A DNA stretch of 63,071 bases, counting the filler. It is 4 parts of 4 records of this genome, joined end to end, with 100 filler letters (N's around TTAATTAATTAA, not from the genome) between each part and the next. Parts side by side here need not be neighbours in the genome. Positions count along the whole stretch, not along the records: positions 1 to 24,233 come from SRR20825006_985; 3 more parts are not named here. One strand, written 5' to 3'. The notes below the pieces were generated by a model. The model had not been told where the DNA came from and ran no database searches. It saw only the letters and a program-made list of their open reading frames with translations. Numbering within the stretch: position 1 is the stretch's first letter; every line of letters starts with the position of its first letter. This document shows, piece by piece, positions 1 through 10,490 of the stretch. Position numbers and translations under genes: made by a program.

Positions 1-465
1 CATTCCTCCAGGAAATGCATAATTTTCTAATACTACTTGGTGAATAATACCTGCACCTGGTTTCCAGAAGCCAATACCATATTTTTTAGATACAGATTCA
101 AGAAAATCAAAAACCTCATTACTTGTTTCGTTAGCTCGTTTTAAATCTGCTTTAGCTCCTTGCTTTGCCTGTATAAGGTGGTCACAATGTACTGTAGTAG
201 GCACTGCAACATTAGGTTTTCCAGCTTGCATGAATTGCAAAAGCGCCATTTGCGCTGTAGCATCTTGACAAGCTATACGGTCTGGTGCAAAGTCTACATA
301 ATCTTTAGATCTAGTAAATGCTTGAGTTGCATTACCGTCCCAAAGGTGACTATAAAGTATTTTTTCTGAAAGTGTTAAGGGCTTACCAACAACCTCACGT
401 GCTTTATCTACACGTTCCGTCATTTGGTCATAGACCTTTTTTATCATGTCAATATCGAATGCCAT
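1..465 (-). CDS. Aconitate hydratase (mitochondrial-like Bacteroidota type), N-terminal part; runs off the window edge
   Basis: Not in the ORF track; read manually from ATG at 465: [15 protein letters not shown]...[15 protein letters not shown]...[32 protein letters not shown] and PLTLSEKIL are aconitase motifs. Confidence 0.93.
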   Translation of the reverse strand, partial: MAFDIDMIKKVYDQMTERVDKAREVVGKPLTLSEKILYSHLWDGNATQAFTRSKDYVDFAPDRIACQDATAQMALLQFMQAGKPNVAVPTTVHCDHLIQAKQGAKADLKRANETSNEVFDFLESVSKKYGIGFWKPGAGIIHQVVLENYAFPGGM

Positions 466-710
466 AGTGTGAGTGTGTTTATTTTTTGAAGTCTTGCGAA
501 AATACGGAAATACAAAGACATTTAAAAGTTTAATGCCAGTATTGCAATTTATCTAATTTTCATAAAGACTTATTATGAAATTACAGATTTATTATAACCT
601 AACTTAAGGATGTATTGAATATTTGACATATTATTAAGGTCTTCAGAATTTTACCCTAATTCTTTATATATCATTAAAGTATAGATAAAGAATAACAAAC
701 AGTTAGTTTC

Positions 711-1664
711 CTAAAATAAGTCTTTTATAATCTGCTCTATAGATATGCCTTCTGCTTCTGCCTTGTAGTTTCTTATCATTCTATGCCTAAGAATACCTGT
801 TGCAACTGCTTGTACGTCTTCAATATCTGGAGAATATTTCCCTCTAGTGGCTGCGTGTGTCTTTGCAGCTAAAATTAAGTTTTGGGAAGCTCTTGGTCCT
901 GCACCCCAATCTACAAACTCTTTTACAAGATTAGAGGCTTCTGAAGATTTAGGACGTGTTTTTCCAACAATTTTAACTGCATACTCTATAACATTATCAG
1001 CTACAGGTATGCGCCGTATTAGCTGTTGAAAATCTATAATTTCTTGTGCCGTAAATAAAGGGTTAACTGTTGCTTTATGGTCTCCAGTAGTTGCCTTTAC
1101 AACATCTACCTCTTCCTGAAAACTTGGGTAATCTAAATTTATAGAGAACATGAAACGGTCTAACTGTGCTTCTGGTAAAGGGTAAGTACCTTCTTGCTCA
1201 ATCGGGTTTTGAGTTGCCAATACAAAATAAGGTAAGCTTAAAGGGTAATTGGTTCCTGCAACTGTTACAGAACGCTCTTGCATTGCTTCCAAAAGTGCTG
1301 CTTGTGTTTTAGGAGGCGTTCTGTTAATTTCATCTGCAAGTATGATATTAGAGAATACTGGTCCTTTTAAAAACTTAAATTCTCTGTTTTTATCTAAAAT
1401 TTCAGATCCTAAAATATCACTTGGCATAAGGTCTGGCGTAAACTGAATACGCTTAAAATCTAAACCAAGGGCTTGAGAAATGGTATTTACCATTAACGTT
1501 TTAGCTAAACCTGGAACACCAACAAGAAGCGCGTGCCCTCCAGAAAATATAGAAATTAATATTTCCTCGATGACTTGTTCTTGCCCAACAATAACTTTTG
1601 CTATTTCTTTTTTTAGTTGGGTATGTTTTTCAACGAGGTGTTTAACAGCTGAAACGTCTGACAT
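711..1664 (-). CDS. MoxR-family AAA+ ATPase
   Basis: GVPGLAKT Walker A, RIQFTPDLMPSD, LADEINRTPPKTQ, ATQNPIEQEGTYPLPEAQLDRF. Confidence 0.95.
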   Translation of the reverse strand: MSDVSAVKHLVEKHTQLKKEIAKVIVGQEQVIEEILISIFSGGHALLVGVPGLAKTLMVNTISQALGLDFKRIQFTPDLMPSDILGSEILDKNREFKFLKGPVFSNIILADEINRTPPKTQAALLEAMQERSVTVAGTNYPLSLPYFVLATQNPIEQEGTYPLPEAQLDRFMFSINLDYPSFQEEVDVVKATTGDHKATVNPLFTAQEIIDFQQLIRRIPVADNVIEYAVKIVGKTRPKSSEASNLVKEFVDWGAGPRASQNLILAAKTHAATRGKYSPDIEDVQAVATGILRHRMIRNYKAEAEGISIEQIIKDLF

Positions 1665-1667
1665 ATT

Positions 1668-3158
1668 TTAATTTTGTTTTAACCAGTCACTAGCAAAATC
1701 ACAATTTCTGTAATCGCCATTTATTTTAATGTAAGTATCGTCAATTTTTTCTTCTTGCCAAGCTTCAATGGCCTTTAATTGTTTTTCCTTAAGTGCTAGT
1801 TCTTTAATTTTCAAGTAATCTTGCGCATAATCTGCAATGTGCTCTTCATACCTATCTGTAACTGTCATTATCTTAAATTTCTTACGACCTACTCTATCTT
1901 CTTCAGTTAAAATAGGAGAAATTTCATTTTCATCAAGATTAACCACTTGGTTGTAAATTGTAGGATCAATCTTTGTAAGTTCAAATCTTGTATCTCCAGT
2001 TGCAGGATTAATTAACTGTCCGCCATCTTGCTTTGTCTCTTCTTCTGTTGAGAATTGAACTGCAGCATCTTCAAAAGTAATAGTTCCTTTATTAATTTCA
2101 GTTTTTAAACTGTCTATTTGTTTTCTGGCAGCGTTTATACTTTCTGGTGTTGTATCTGGTACTAAAAGTACTTGTCTTACATCTACAGTTTGTCCTCTTA
2201 TCTTATCGACCATAAGGATATGAAAACCAAATTCTGTTTCGAAAGGCTCACTAATTTCACCTTCTTGTAAACTAAAAGCAGCATCTTTAAATTCTTTTAC
2301 AAATGGGTCTTTACGTGTTAAAGAGTATTGACCACCATTAGCTCTAGATCCTGTATCTTGTGAATACAATACCGCTTTGGTAGCAAAACTTGCTCCATTA
2401 TCTAATACATCTCTACGCATTTCATTTAGACGATCTATAACGCGTTGGCGTTCTGCTTGTGGTATTTCTGGCTGAATTATAATTTGAGCGATTTCAATTT
2501 CGTCTCCAAACAAGGGCCTGTCTTCTTTAGGGATACCGTTAAAGTATTCTCTTACTTCTTCAGGTGTAATCTCAATACCATCTACAATTGAGCGTTGCAT
2601 TTCTCCAGCTAACTTATTTTGCTTGTTAATCTCAAAAAGCTCTGCTCTAAATTCGCCTTCATTATCTTTTTGATAAAAATTAAGAACCTTTTCCATTGTT
2701 CCTAATTGACGTTTCATATAATCTATTTGCTGATCTACGTAAGCATTTACCTCAGCATCATTTACCATAATACTATCTATTACGGCGTGGTGTGCATAAA
2801 GCTTATCTTCCAGAAGTTTCCCTGTTAAATTGCAGCGTGTTATATCCTGAACAGAAATACCTTGACTTTTTAGCTCTATATATGCCTTATCTATATCACT
2901 ATCTAAAACTACGTACTCTCCAACTACTGCAGCTACACCATCTACCTTAAATTTCTTGAAGGGCTTTTTTACAGTGTCTTGAACTGCGGCTGTTTCTGTA
3001 ACAGCTGTGCTAGATTCTGTAACTATAACTTGCTTAGTCTGTACCGCTGTACTATCTGATGTTGTTTCCTGAGCAGTTAGTGATACTGTAGCGCCTATTA
3101 GTGCTGCCACAGTTAAATATTTAGTTGAAAATCTCAAATTCATTATTTTTAATTGCAT
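1668..3158 (-). CDS. SurA-like periplasmic peptidyl-prolyl isomerase/chaperone
   Basis: Signal peptide, VDGVAAVVG SurA N-domain start, parvulin motifs (FATKAVLYSQD, SEPFETEFGFHIL). Confidence 0.88.
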   Translation of the reverse strand: MQLKIMNLRFSTKYLTVAALIGATVSLTAQETTSDSTAVQTKQVIVTESSTAVTETAAVQDTVKKPFKKFKVDGVAAVVGEYVVLDSDIDKAYIELKSQGISVQDITRCNLTGKLLEDKLYAHHAVIDSIMVNDAEVNAYVDQQIDYMKRQLGTMEKVLNFYQKDNEGEFRAELFEINKQNKLAGEMQRSIVDGIEITPEEVREYFNGIPKEDRPLFGDEIEIAQIIIQPEIPQAERQRVIDRLNEMRRDVLDNGASFATKAVLYSQDTGSRANGGQYSLTRKDPFVKEFKDAAFSLQEGEISEPFETEFGFHILMVDKIRGQTVDVRQVLLVPDTTPESINAARKQIDSLKTEINKGTITFEDAAVQFSTEEETKQDGGQLINPATGDTRFELTKIDPTIYNQVVNLDENEISPILTEEDRVGRKKFKIMTVTDRYEEHIADYAQDYLKIKELALKEKQLKAIEAWQEEKIDDTYIKINGDYRNCDFASDWLKQN

Positions 3159-3996
3159 CCTTCGTTATATCTGTTCTTAAGTTTTTTATCAATTCTTGTT
3201 TCCTCTTGTTAAGTATAATCTGCTCAACCGTTGGTTTTATATAAGATAGTGGTGCTTGTTCTCCACGTTCTTTAATATCCTTAATATATATTAAATAGAC
3301 GCCAAGAGAATCTTTAAGTTGCACATATCTATCTGCAGTGTTTAATTGCCATGGTTGCGCTTCTTTTAACACTGGCAAATCTTCTAAAAGTTGTCTGGAT
3401 TCTCTCCAAATTGAATCATTAAGGTTGTATTGAGGAAACTCCACAACACTATTCATTAAAGATTGTTTGTCTTCACTATTAAATCTTGCTATTTCTCGCT
3501 TTATTTGATTTATAGATGATGAACCATCTGGCAGCCTTACATATCTTAGTTTATATAATGTTTCATTTAGACTAAAAGCTGTACTGTTAGCCTCAAAATA
3601 TTCTTTAACTTGATTTTCTGTAATAACAGAATCTATTTTCTTTACCACCATTGCATCTGTATAAGCCTTGGTGTAAAGTTGATTCTTATAATCATCTACC
3701 AACTTATCAAATTTTTTCTGGCGCTCTAAATTCAAATTAAGTTTTGCTCTGTCTATTAAAAGCTGCTGAGTTGCCCAACGGTCTATATAATTATTTACAA
3801 TTACTGTGCTATCTTCTTTAGATGTTGTTGCGGTTGTTAGATTAGAAATGTCTTCTCTATACAAAAAGCTTTTGTTTACACGCGCCACGACTTCACGCTC
3901 ATCTTCAGGGCCAAAGTCAAAATTAAAATAATCACAACTTTGCAGTAAAAATACACCGCAAAAAATAGCTAGTATGTAATTTAATTTAGTCTTCAA
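3121..3996 (-). CDS. Foldase/PPIase-like lipoprotein (SurA/PrsA-like N-domain)
   Basis: Lipobox LQSC, VVARVN motif, ITENQVKEYFE helix, position between two PPIase genes; TTG start. Confidence 0.7.
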   Translation of the reverse strand: MKTKLNYILAIFCGVFLLQSCDYFNFDFGPEDEREVVARVNKSFLYREDISNLTTATTSKEDSTVIVNNYIDRWATQQLLIDRAKLNLNLERQKKFDKLVDDYKNQLYTKAYTDAMVVKKIDSVITENQVKEYFEANSTAFSLNETLYKLRYVRLPDGSSSINQIKREIARFNSEDKQSLMNSVVEFPQYNLNDSIWRESRQLLEDLPVLKEAQPWQLNTADRYVQLKDSLGVYLIYIKDIKERGEQAPLSYIKPTVEQIILNKRKQELIKNLRTDITKDAIKNNEFEIFN

Positions 3997-5944
3997 GCTT
4001 TGTTTTTATAAGGTTTACTGTATCATCATTAATATTTACAGAATATTTTGTTCTTAATGCCGCAATCCAGTTTTTCTCTAAATAATCTTGATAGTCACTT
4101 ACAATAGTTCCTTTAGCTTCTTTAAAAGTTTTAGGACCAGCAGGTAACACATCTTTAATGTTTACTACAGTGTAATAATTGTCTTCTTCATACACTTTAG
4201 AAATACCTTGCTTAATTTTTAATTTTTTAGGCAATACCTCATCTTCTACATTAAACGTACCATTAGAAAATAAGGTGGTCATAGATTCATCACTATTAAT
4301 TTGTGATTTAACATCAACTTCAGAAACACCATTCTTCATTAAATTTCTAACTTTTTTGGCGTCTGCTTTATTATTAACCTTAGCCATAGTAACGTTTACG
4401 CGTTTATCCCAAAGGTAATTTTGTTTATTAGTCTCGTAATAAGTTTTTAATCCTAAAGTGTCTTTTTTTGCTTTATTCCAAATGTTCATTTCCATAAGAT
4501 CGAACAACAAAAGACCATCTCTATATTCTGAAACAATATTAGAGAACTCTTTATCTTCCTGTTCCAAATGATCACGGTGATAGGCCAACACCTTACCATC
4601 TACATATTCTTTTAACCAATTGTTTATAGCAGTATTTTTATCGCCACTTAAGCCTTTATTTACCTGTTTATTATAAATGAATTTCGCAAAATCTCTATAC
4701 TTAAATACAGAATCTCTTAATTTAAATAATGGTTGATCTAATGTGCTGTTATCTGAAATAGCCCAATTTCCATCTTTTACGTCTTTAGTGACATAAGTGC
4801 TGAAGAAAGACTTAGCTTCAGAAAAATCACCAATAGAATAATGATCTTTTAAGCTAGCAACCAAAGCATCACTAATTAAGTTTGCCCTAGAGTCTTTAGT
4901 TACTTTTTTCTCTAATTCTCCACGCATCTCGTTAAAACTAGGAATAGGAAACCTATCAATAAGTTTTATAATATGCCAGCCGTATTGAGTTTCAAACGGC
5001 TCTGTAACTTGCCCTGCTTTTGTTAATGAAAATGCTTTTTTCTCAAAAACTTCAGAATTTAGCTTTCCACTACCAAATCTATCTAATTTTCCTTCTCGCC
5101 TAGCTGAATTCCTATCATCACTAAATTGTTTAGCAAGCACACCAAAGTCTTCTCCTTGCTTTATTTTTAAATACAATTCTTCAATCCTGTCTTTTGGATT
5201 AAAAACGGTGTCTTTAGGTTTTGGCGATACCATTATATGGGCAACTTCAACTTCACCTGCAGATGCTCTTCTATCATTAACTTTTAAAATATGATAGCCA
5301 AATCTTGTTCTAAAAGGTTCAGACACATCTCCAACTGGAACTGTATACGCTTGATCTTCAAAGGCGTAAACCATCTTAAGAGCAGTAAACCATCCTAATT
5401 CACCTCCATTTTTCTTAGCAGAAGGATCTTCAGAATAAGTTTTTGCTAAAGTTTCAAAAGACCTACCATTTACAGCTTTCTCTCTAATATCTTTAATCTT
5501 AGAATATGCTTTTAATGTATCTTCTGGCGTAGCATTTTGATCTACTCTTATTAATATATGACTGGCGTTAACTTCATTTACAGTACGATCATATGCTTCT
5601 TGAACTAATGCTTCTGTAACATTATTATCTGTTAAGAAGTTACGTGCCAACTGGTTTCTGTATGTTTTAAACTCTCGCTGAAACTTAAGTGTAGTATCTA
5701 ATCCTTGCTCATAGGCTTCACGTAGTTTTAACCTATAATCTATAAAAAGCTTTAAATATTCATCGACATCCTTTTGAGACTCATCTTGAACTAAGTCTAA
5801 ATTTTTTTGATAAACCCTAACAAAATCAGATGCGTAAACTGGCTCACCATCTAAAGTCATTATTATCTGTTTATCTAATTCTTGCGCAATTGTGTTGCCC
5901 GCAATAAGTAAGCAAAACACAAATAAGAACCGATATAATTTCAT
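3986..5944 (-). CDS. Peptidyl-prolyl cis-trans isomerase with two parvulin (PpiC) domains
   Basis: Two parvulin domains: ASHILI...FETLAKTYSEDP..GGELG..RFGYHILK and VAHIMV...FGVLAKQFSDD...YGWHIIK; signal peptide. Confidence 0.92.
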   Translation of the reverse strand: MKLYRFLFVFCLLIAGNTIAQELDKQIIMTLDGEPVYASDFVRVYQKNLDLVQDESQKDVDEYLKLFIDYRLKLREAYEQGLDTTLKFQREFKTYRNQLARNFLTDNNVTEALVQEAYDRTVNEVNASHILIRVDQNATPEDTLKAYSKIKDIREKAVNGRSFETLAKTYSEDPSAKKNGGELGWFTALKMVYAFEDQAYTVPVGDVSEPFRTRFGYHILKVNDRRASAGEVEVAHIMVSPKPKDTVFNPKDRIEELYLKIKQGEDFGVLAKQFSDDRNSARREGKLDRFGSGKLNSEVFEKKAFSLTKAGQVTEPFETQYGWHIIKLIDRFPIPSFNEMRGELEKKVTKDSRANLISDALVASLKDHYSIGDFSEAKSFFSTYVTKDVKDGNWAISDNSTLDQPLFKLRDSVFKYRDFAKFIYNKQVNKGLSGDKNTAINNWLKEYVDGKVLAYHRDHLEQEDKEFSNIVSEYRDGLLLFDLMEMNIWNKAKKDTLGLKTYYETNKQNYLWDKRVNVTMAKVNNKADAKKVRNLMKNGVSEVDVKSQINSDESMTTLFSNGTFNVEDEVLPKKLKIKQGISKVYEEDNYYTVVNIKDVLPAGPKTFKEAKGTIVSDYQDYLEKNWIAALRTKYSVNINDDTVNLIKTKLED

Positions 5945-5973
5945 AAATGCGTGTTTAATTTAAGCAATGTCCG

Positions 5974-5981
5974 CAAAAATA
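5974..5981 (-). promoter_or_regulatory. Bacteroidota -7 promoter element for the PPIase-MoxR operon
   Basis: TATTTTTG on the minus strand matches TAnnTTTG, about 30 nt upstream of the ATG at 5944. Confidence 0.6.
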
Positions 5982-6096
5982 ATAAACTCAAGCGGTTTTC
6001 AACTCTTTTGTTATAACGAAATTACACTCCATAACGTATATGGTTGCTCTAATCATTATTCTACATTATATTAGTGCATACTAAACTAAAAACTAC

Positions 6097-6549
6097 ATGA
6101 AATATAGCTCTCAAATAATTATAGAATTGCCACGAGAAAAAACCATCTCAATTTTTGATAATGCTGAGAACATGAAGCATTGGCAAAGAGGACTTATACA
6201 CTACAAACAGCTTAGTGGTGATTTTGGTGCAGAAGGCGCCAAAATGCAACTAGACTATAAAATGGGAAAACGGGAACTTACAATGATTGAAACTATTATT
6301 AAAAACGATCTTCCTGATTTGCTCATTACATCTTATGACACCAAAGGCGTTTATAATATTCAAACAAATCGTTTTGAAATTACTTCTAACGGGCATACTA
6401 AGTGGACATCTGAATCTGAGTTCCGTTTTAACAACTTAATGATGAAAATTATGGGGTTTCTTATGCCTGGCGCATTTAAAAAACAATCTTTAAAATATAT
6501 GAAAGATTTTAAAGCCTTTGCAGAAGACAATAAAAGTGTATTAGATTAA
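6097..6549 (+). CDS. SRPBCC (START/polyketide cyclase-like) family protein
   Basis: 150 aa, IIIELPREK..FDN..NMKHWQ N-terminus and C-terminal helix FKAFAE typical of SRPBCC proteins. Confidence 0.75.
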   Translation: MKYSSQIIIELPREKTISIFDNAENMKHWQRGLIHYKQLSGDFGAEGAKMQLDYKMGKRELTMIETIIKNDLPDLLITSYDTKGVYNIQTNRFEITSNGHTKWTSESEFRFNNLMMKIMGFLMPGAFKKQSLKYMKDFKAFAEDNKSVLD

Positions 6550-6630
6550 TTTTGTTTGCTAAAACTAAACTTTGTTAGCGGCATATTATTTGAAACACTT
6601 TAAACGTTAACAAAACAAACATAAATTACC

Positions 6631-7323
6631 ATGAAAAAATTGTTAGTCTTAATTACGTTTCTATCTAGCATATCACTTTTTTCTCAAAATACTATAAACC
6701 AATTTGACAGTAATGGAAAACGTCATGGGTTATGGAAAAAAACGTACGAAGGATATGATCAATTAAGATATCAAGGTACTTTTGAGCACGGAAAAGAAGT
6801 TGGTGAGTTTATGTTTTACAAGCCAAAATATGGAAAACAGCCTTCTGCTATCAAAACATATTCAAAAGATACAGACCTTGTCTTGGTATCCTATTTTACA
6901 AAAAAGGGAAAACTTATAAGTAAAGGGCAATTAAAAGATAGGCTAAGGACTGGTAAATGGGAGTATTATCACAATAACACAGACGCTATTATGATGATAG
7001 AACATTATAAAGACGATAAGCTTCACGGGAAAAAAACTGCATATTTCGATAACGGAAATATTACAGAGGAATACAATTATATTAACGGTAATAAAGAAGG
7101 AGACTACAAACTTTACTCACTTAATGGTGTTTTGCTACAACACCTTAATTACAAAAATGATGAGCTACACGGCGCGGCACTATTTTATAACGGTAAAGGT
7201 GAAGTAACAAAAAAAGGTCAATATAAAAATGGCAGAAAAGACGGTTACTGGCAATATTATGACCAAGGAAATTTAACTGAAGAAATTTTCTTTCCTATTA
7301 ACACCTCTAGAAAGAAAGGTTAG
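6631..7323 (+). CDS. Exported MORN-variant repeat protein (YwqK-like)
   Basis: Signal peptide; repeated G-x-W/Y-x-x-Y-x-x-NG units (HGLWKK, TGKWEYY, HGKKTAY, DGYWQYY). Confidence 0.8.
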   Translation: MKKLLVLITFLSSISLFSQNTINQFDSNGKRHGLWKKTYEGYDQLRYQGTFEHGKEVGEFMFYKPKYGKQPSAIKTYSKDTDLVLVSYFTKKGKLISKGQLKDRLRTGKWEYYHNNTDAIMMIEHYKDDKLHGKKTAYFDNGNITEEYNYINGNKEGDYKLYSLNGVLLQHLNYKNDELHGAALFYNGKGEVTKKGQYKNGRKDGYWQYYDQGNLTEEIFFPINTSRKKG

Positions 7324-7347
7324 ATCACAATTTTCGACTCTATTTTG

Positions 7348-7355
7348 TAATTTTG
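7348..7355 (+). promoter_or_regulatory. Bacteroidota -7 promoter element upstream of mnmA
   Basis: TAATTTTG matches TAnnTTTG. Confidence 0.55.
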
Positions 7356-7416
7356 CAAACTAAATTTAGAAAGTCATTTGCGCTTTGCAAATTGCTCTAA
7401 ATTATTACAACTTAAT

Positions 7417-8607
7417 ATGAAACGTGTAGTAGTAGGACTTAGTGGTGGTGTAGACAGTAGTGTTTCTGCATATTTACTTAAAGAACAAGGTTATGAGGTT
7501 ATTGGCTTGTTTATGAAAAACTGGCATGATGATACTGTAACCATAAGTGATGAGTGCCCTTGGCTGGATGACAGTAATGATGCTATGCTTGTAGCCGAAA
7601 AATTAGGCATACCATTTCAAACTGTAGATTTAAGCGAAGAGTACAAAGAACGTATAGTTGACTATATGTTTAATGAATACAAAAACGGACGCACCCCAAA
7701 TCCAGATGTGCTTTGTAATCGTGAAATTAAGTTTGATGTTTTTATGAAGATTGCAATGTCTTTAGGAGCAGACTATGTAGCCACAGGACATTATTGCAGA
7801 AAAAGCAGTATAGAAAAGGATGGTGAAACCATTTACCAATTATTATCTGGAAAAGATAATAATAAAGACCAATCTTACTTTTTATGTCAACTTTCTCAAG
7901 AGCAATTATCTAAAACATTATTTCCAATTGGTGAGTTGCAAAAGAGTGAAGTAAGAAAAATTGCAGCTGAGCAAGATTTAGTTACCGCAGACAAAAAAGA
8001 CTCTCAAGGTCTTTGTTTTATAGGAAAAGTAAGGCTTCCAGATTTCTTGCAACAACAATTAAAACCTAAGGAAGGAGATATCGTAGAGATTGACACAACT
8101 TTAGACCAATACGCAAAAGACACTAAAGAAGACTTTAATACAACTGAAGAAGAGTTGGCTTACCTGTCTAAAAAGTTTACATATAATTTTGAAGATGGTA
8201 AAATAGTTGGCAAACACCAAGGTGCACATTATTTTACAAAAGGACAACGTAAAGGTTTAGGTGTAGGCGGCACTCCAGAACCATTGTTTGTAATTGATAC
8301 TGATGTAGAAGAAAACATTATATACACAGGCCAAGGAAAACAGCATCCAGGTTTATATAGGCGAGGCCTTTTTGTTAGCCCTCATGAAATACACTGGATT
8401 CGTGAAGATTTAAAACTTGATACAGGTGACACTATGAATGTTATGGCACGTATCAGATATCGTCAAACTTTAGAAAAAGCAACATTACACCAAACCGAAC
8501 ACGGCTTATATGTAATTTTCGACAACCCTCAATCTGCCATTGCAGAAGGACAATTTGTAGCTTGGTATCATGACGAAGAACTTATTGGTAGCGGTGTAAT
8601 ATCTTAA
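7417..8607 (+). CDS. mnmA: tRNA 2-thiouridine(34) synthase MnmA
   Basis: [47 protein letters not shown]; start placed at MKRVVVG (7417) rather than TTG 7378. Confidence 0.97.
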   Translation: MKRVVVGLSGGVDSSVSAYLLKEQGYEVIGLFMKNWHDDTVTISDECPWLDDSNDAMLVAEKLGIPFQTVDLSEEYKERIVDYMFNEYKNGRTPNPDVLCNREIKFDVFMKIAMSLGADYVATGHYCRKSSIEKDGETIYQLLSGKDNNKDQSYFLCQLSQEQLSKTLFPIGELQKSEVRKIAAEQDLVTADKKDSQGLCFIGKVRLPDFLQQQLKPKEGDIVEIDTTLDQYAKDTKEDFNTTEEELAYLSKKFTYNFEDGKIVGKHQGAHYFTKGQRKGLGVGGTPEPLFVIDTDVEENIIYTGQGKQHPGLYRRGLFVSPHEIHWIREDLKLDTGDTMNVMARIRYRQTLEKATLHQTEHGLYVIFDNPQSAIAEGQFVAWYHDEELIGSGVIS

Positions 8608-8616
8608 AATATATTT

Positions 8617-9561
8617 ATGACAACTAACAGAATAACAGAGCTTTTCAACATTAAATACCCTATTATTCAAGGTGGCATGATATGGGCAAGCGGCTGGAAA
8701 CTAGCTAGTGCTGTTAGTAATGCGGGTGGACTTGGCCTTATTGGCTCAGGTTCTATGTATCCAGAAGTATTAAGAGAGCACATTCAAAAATGTAAGAAAG
8801 CAACAGACAAGCCTTTTGGAGTTAACATTCCTCTACTTTATCCTAATATGGAGGAAATTGTTCAAATTATTATAGATGAAGGTGTAAAGATTGTTTTTTC
8901 ATCTGCTGGAAATCCAAAAACATGGACTTCTCATTTGCAGTCTCACGGTATAACTGTTGTTCACGTGGTTAGTAGCGTAAAGTTTGCTTTAAAAGCTCAA
9001 GAAGCTGGCGTAAATGCCGTAGTAGCAGAAGGTTTTGAAGCAGGCGGACATAATGGTAGAGAAGAGACAACTACTTTAGCATTAATACCAATGGTAAAAG
9101 AACAATTAGACATCCCATTAATTGCTGCTGGTGGTATTGCAAACGGAAAAAGTATGCTCTCAGTTATGATATTAGGAGCAGATGGCGTACAAGTTGGAAG
9201 TCGATTTGTAGCTACACCCGAAGCATCTTCCCATCAAAACTTTAAAGATTTAGTTGTGAAAGCAAAAGAAGGCGACACACAATTAACGCTTAAGGAACTT
9301 GCACCTGTAAGAATGCTGAAAAATAAATTCTTCAACCAAGTTATAGAGCTTTATAGCAAAAACCCTTCTAAAGAAGATTTAATTGAATTATTAGGCAGAG
9401 CTAGAGCTAAAAAAGGAATGTTTGAAGGTGATCTAGATGATGGCGAACTAGAAATTGGACAAATTTCAGGGCTAATTCACGATATAAAACCTGCAGGGAA
9501 AATTGTTGAAGACATGGTTTCAGAATTTAAAGCCGCTAAAGAAAAGTTACCTACTTTTTAG
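8617..9561 (+). CDS. Nitronate monooxygenase / FabK-like FMN oxidoreductase
   Basis: YPIIQGGM, AEGFEAGGHNG, IAAGGI, GADGVQVGSRF. Confidence 0.88.
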   Translation: MTTNRITELFNIKYPIIQGGMIWASGWKLASAVSNAGGLGLIGSGSMYPEVLREHIQKCKKATDKPFGVNIPLLYPNMEEIVQIIIDEGVKIVFSSAGNPKTWTSHLQSHGITVVHVVSSVKFALKAQEAGVNAVVAEGFEAGGHNGREETTTLALIPMVKEQLDIPLIAAGGIANGKSMLSVMILGADGVQVGSRFVATPEASSHQNFKDLVVKAKEGDTQLTLKELAPVRMLKNKFFNQVIELYSKNPSKEDLIELLGRARAKKGMFEGDLDDGELEIGQISGLIHDIKPAGKIVEDMVSEFKAAKEKLPTF

Positions 9562-10096
9562 CGTACTCTTTTAATTTATCCAGCTCTTTTGCAATATGTG
9601 CCTGCCATTTCATTTCAGCTTTTGAATTCATGCTATGGGCGCTTTCTAAATCAAATTCACCTTGCATCTTAACACGCTCAAGCTCTATATCATTATAAAG
9701 CTTTTGTAAATCTTTTCTAATATTCCTACCTGGCTTATAAGCCTGCATAGCTTTTCTTAGCTTACGGGCGTGAATTTCGCTTATATCAAAATGTGCTTGC
9801 TCGTGCTTTAAAAGCTTATCTGTCTTATGATCTGGATGCACCCAAGATCCATTAGGATAAAATGTACTATATACTTCGTATTGCAAATCTACTTCCCCAT
9901 TTGTAGTTTTATAAGACCACGTATATGAAAAGCCAGAATTTGTATTAGCATGAAATTCTGAGTCGTAAACTGGAGCGCCTTTAAAATCACTCCAAGTTAA
10001 TACCGGATGATCATCATAGGATATTTTTTGTTGGGTATACCCAAGTGACACCATACCCAAAAGTAAAAAGACCGCTAAAGTTTTAAAATTACCCAT
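9551..10096 (-). CDS. DUF922-like secreted protein, putative Zn protease
   Basis: LTWSDFKG motif, HExxH (HEQAH) followed by FDISE; start placed at MGNFK (10096); the ORF extends to 10120. Confidence 0.75.
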   Translation of the reverse strand: MGNFKTLAVFLLLGMVSLGYTQQKISYDDHPVLTWSDFKGAPVYDSEFHANTNSGFSYTWSYKTTNGEVDLQYEVYSTFYPNGSWVHPDHKTDKLLKHEQAHFDISEIHARKLRKAMQAYKPGRNIRKDLQKLYNDIELERVKMQGEFDLESAHSMNSKAEMKWQAHIAKELDKLKEYAKK

Positions 10097-10490
10097 ATAC
10101 AAATGATATGTTTTTTTCAATATCTGGATGCAAACTAAAGTGTACTGGGCACGTATTTGCTGTATGCTCTAAAATGCTTTTAGTTTTTTCGTCGTAAGAT
10201 TTAGGCAGTTTAATAACCATATCTATCTTAGAAATCCTTCTAGGATTACTAGCCATAGTCTTCACAACTTCTGCAGTAGCATTAATCATATCTACATTAA
10301 GTTGATCTGCTTTAATTCCCATAACGGTAAGCATACAACTCGCAAGTGCTGTAACTACAGTATCGGTTGGAGAAAACGCTTCACCTTTACCATTATTATC
10401 TGTAGGTGCATCTGTTATAAACGTGTTACCGCTTTTAATATGCTCACAAGTAGTTCTTAAGTTACCATTATAGGTTATCTTACTAGTCAT
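10089..10490 (-). CDS. OsmC family protein
   Basis: TDAP..NNGKGEAFSPTD..ALASC and CPVH, the two conserved Cys. Confidence 0.9.
   Translation of the reverse strand: MTSKITYNGNLRTTCEHIKSGNTFITDAPTDNNGKGEAFSPTDTVVTALASCMLTVMGIKADQLNVDMINATAEVVKTMASNPRRISKIDMVIKLPKSYDEKTKSILEHTANTCPVHFSLHPDIEKNISFVYG

Noticed and set aside
160-369. 69-aa plus-strand ORF
   Set aside because: Antisense shadow of the aconitase gene.
6631-7323. YwqK-like protein as the antitoxin of a toxin-antitoxin system
   Set aside because: It has a signal peptide and no adjacent toxin; generic MORN-variant repeat protein.
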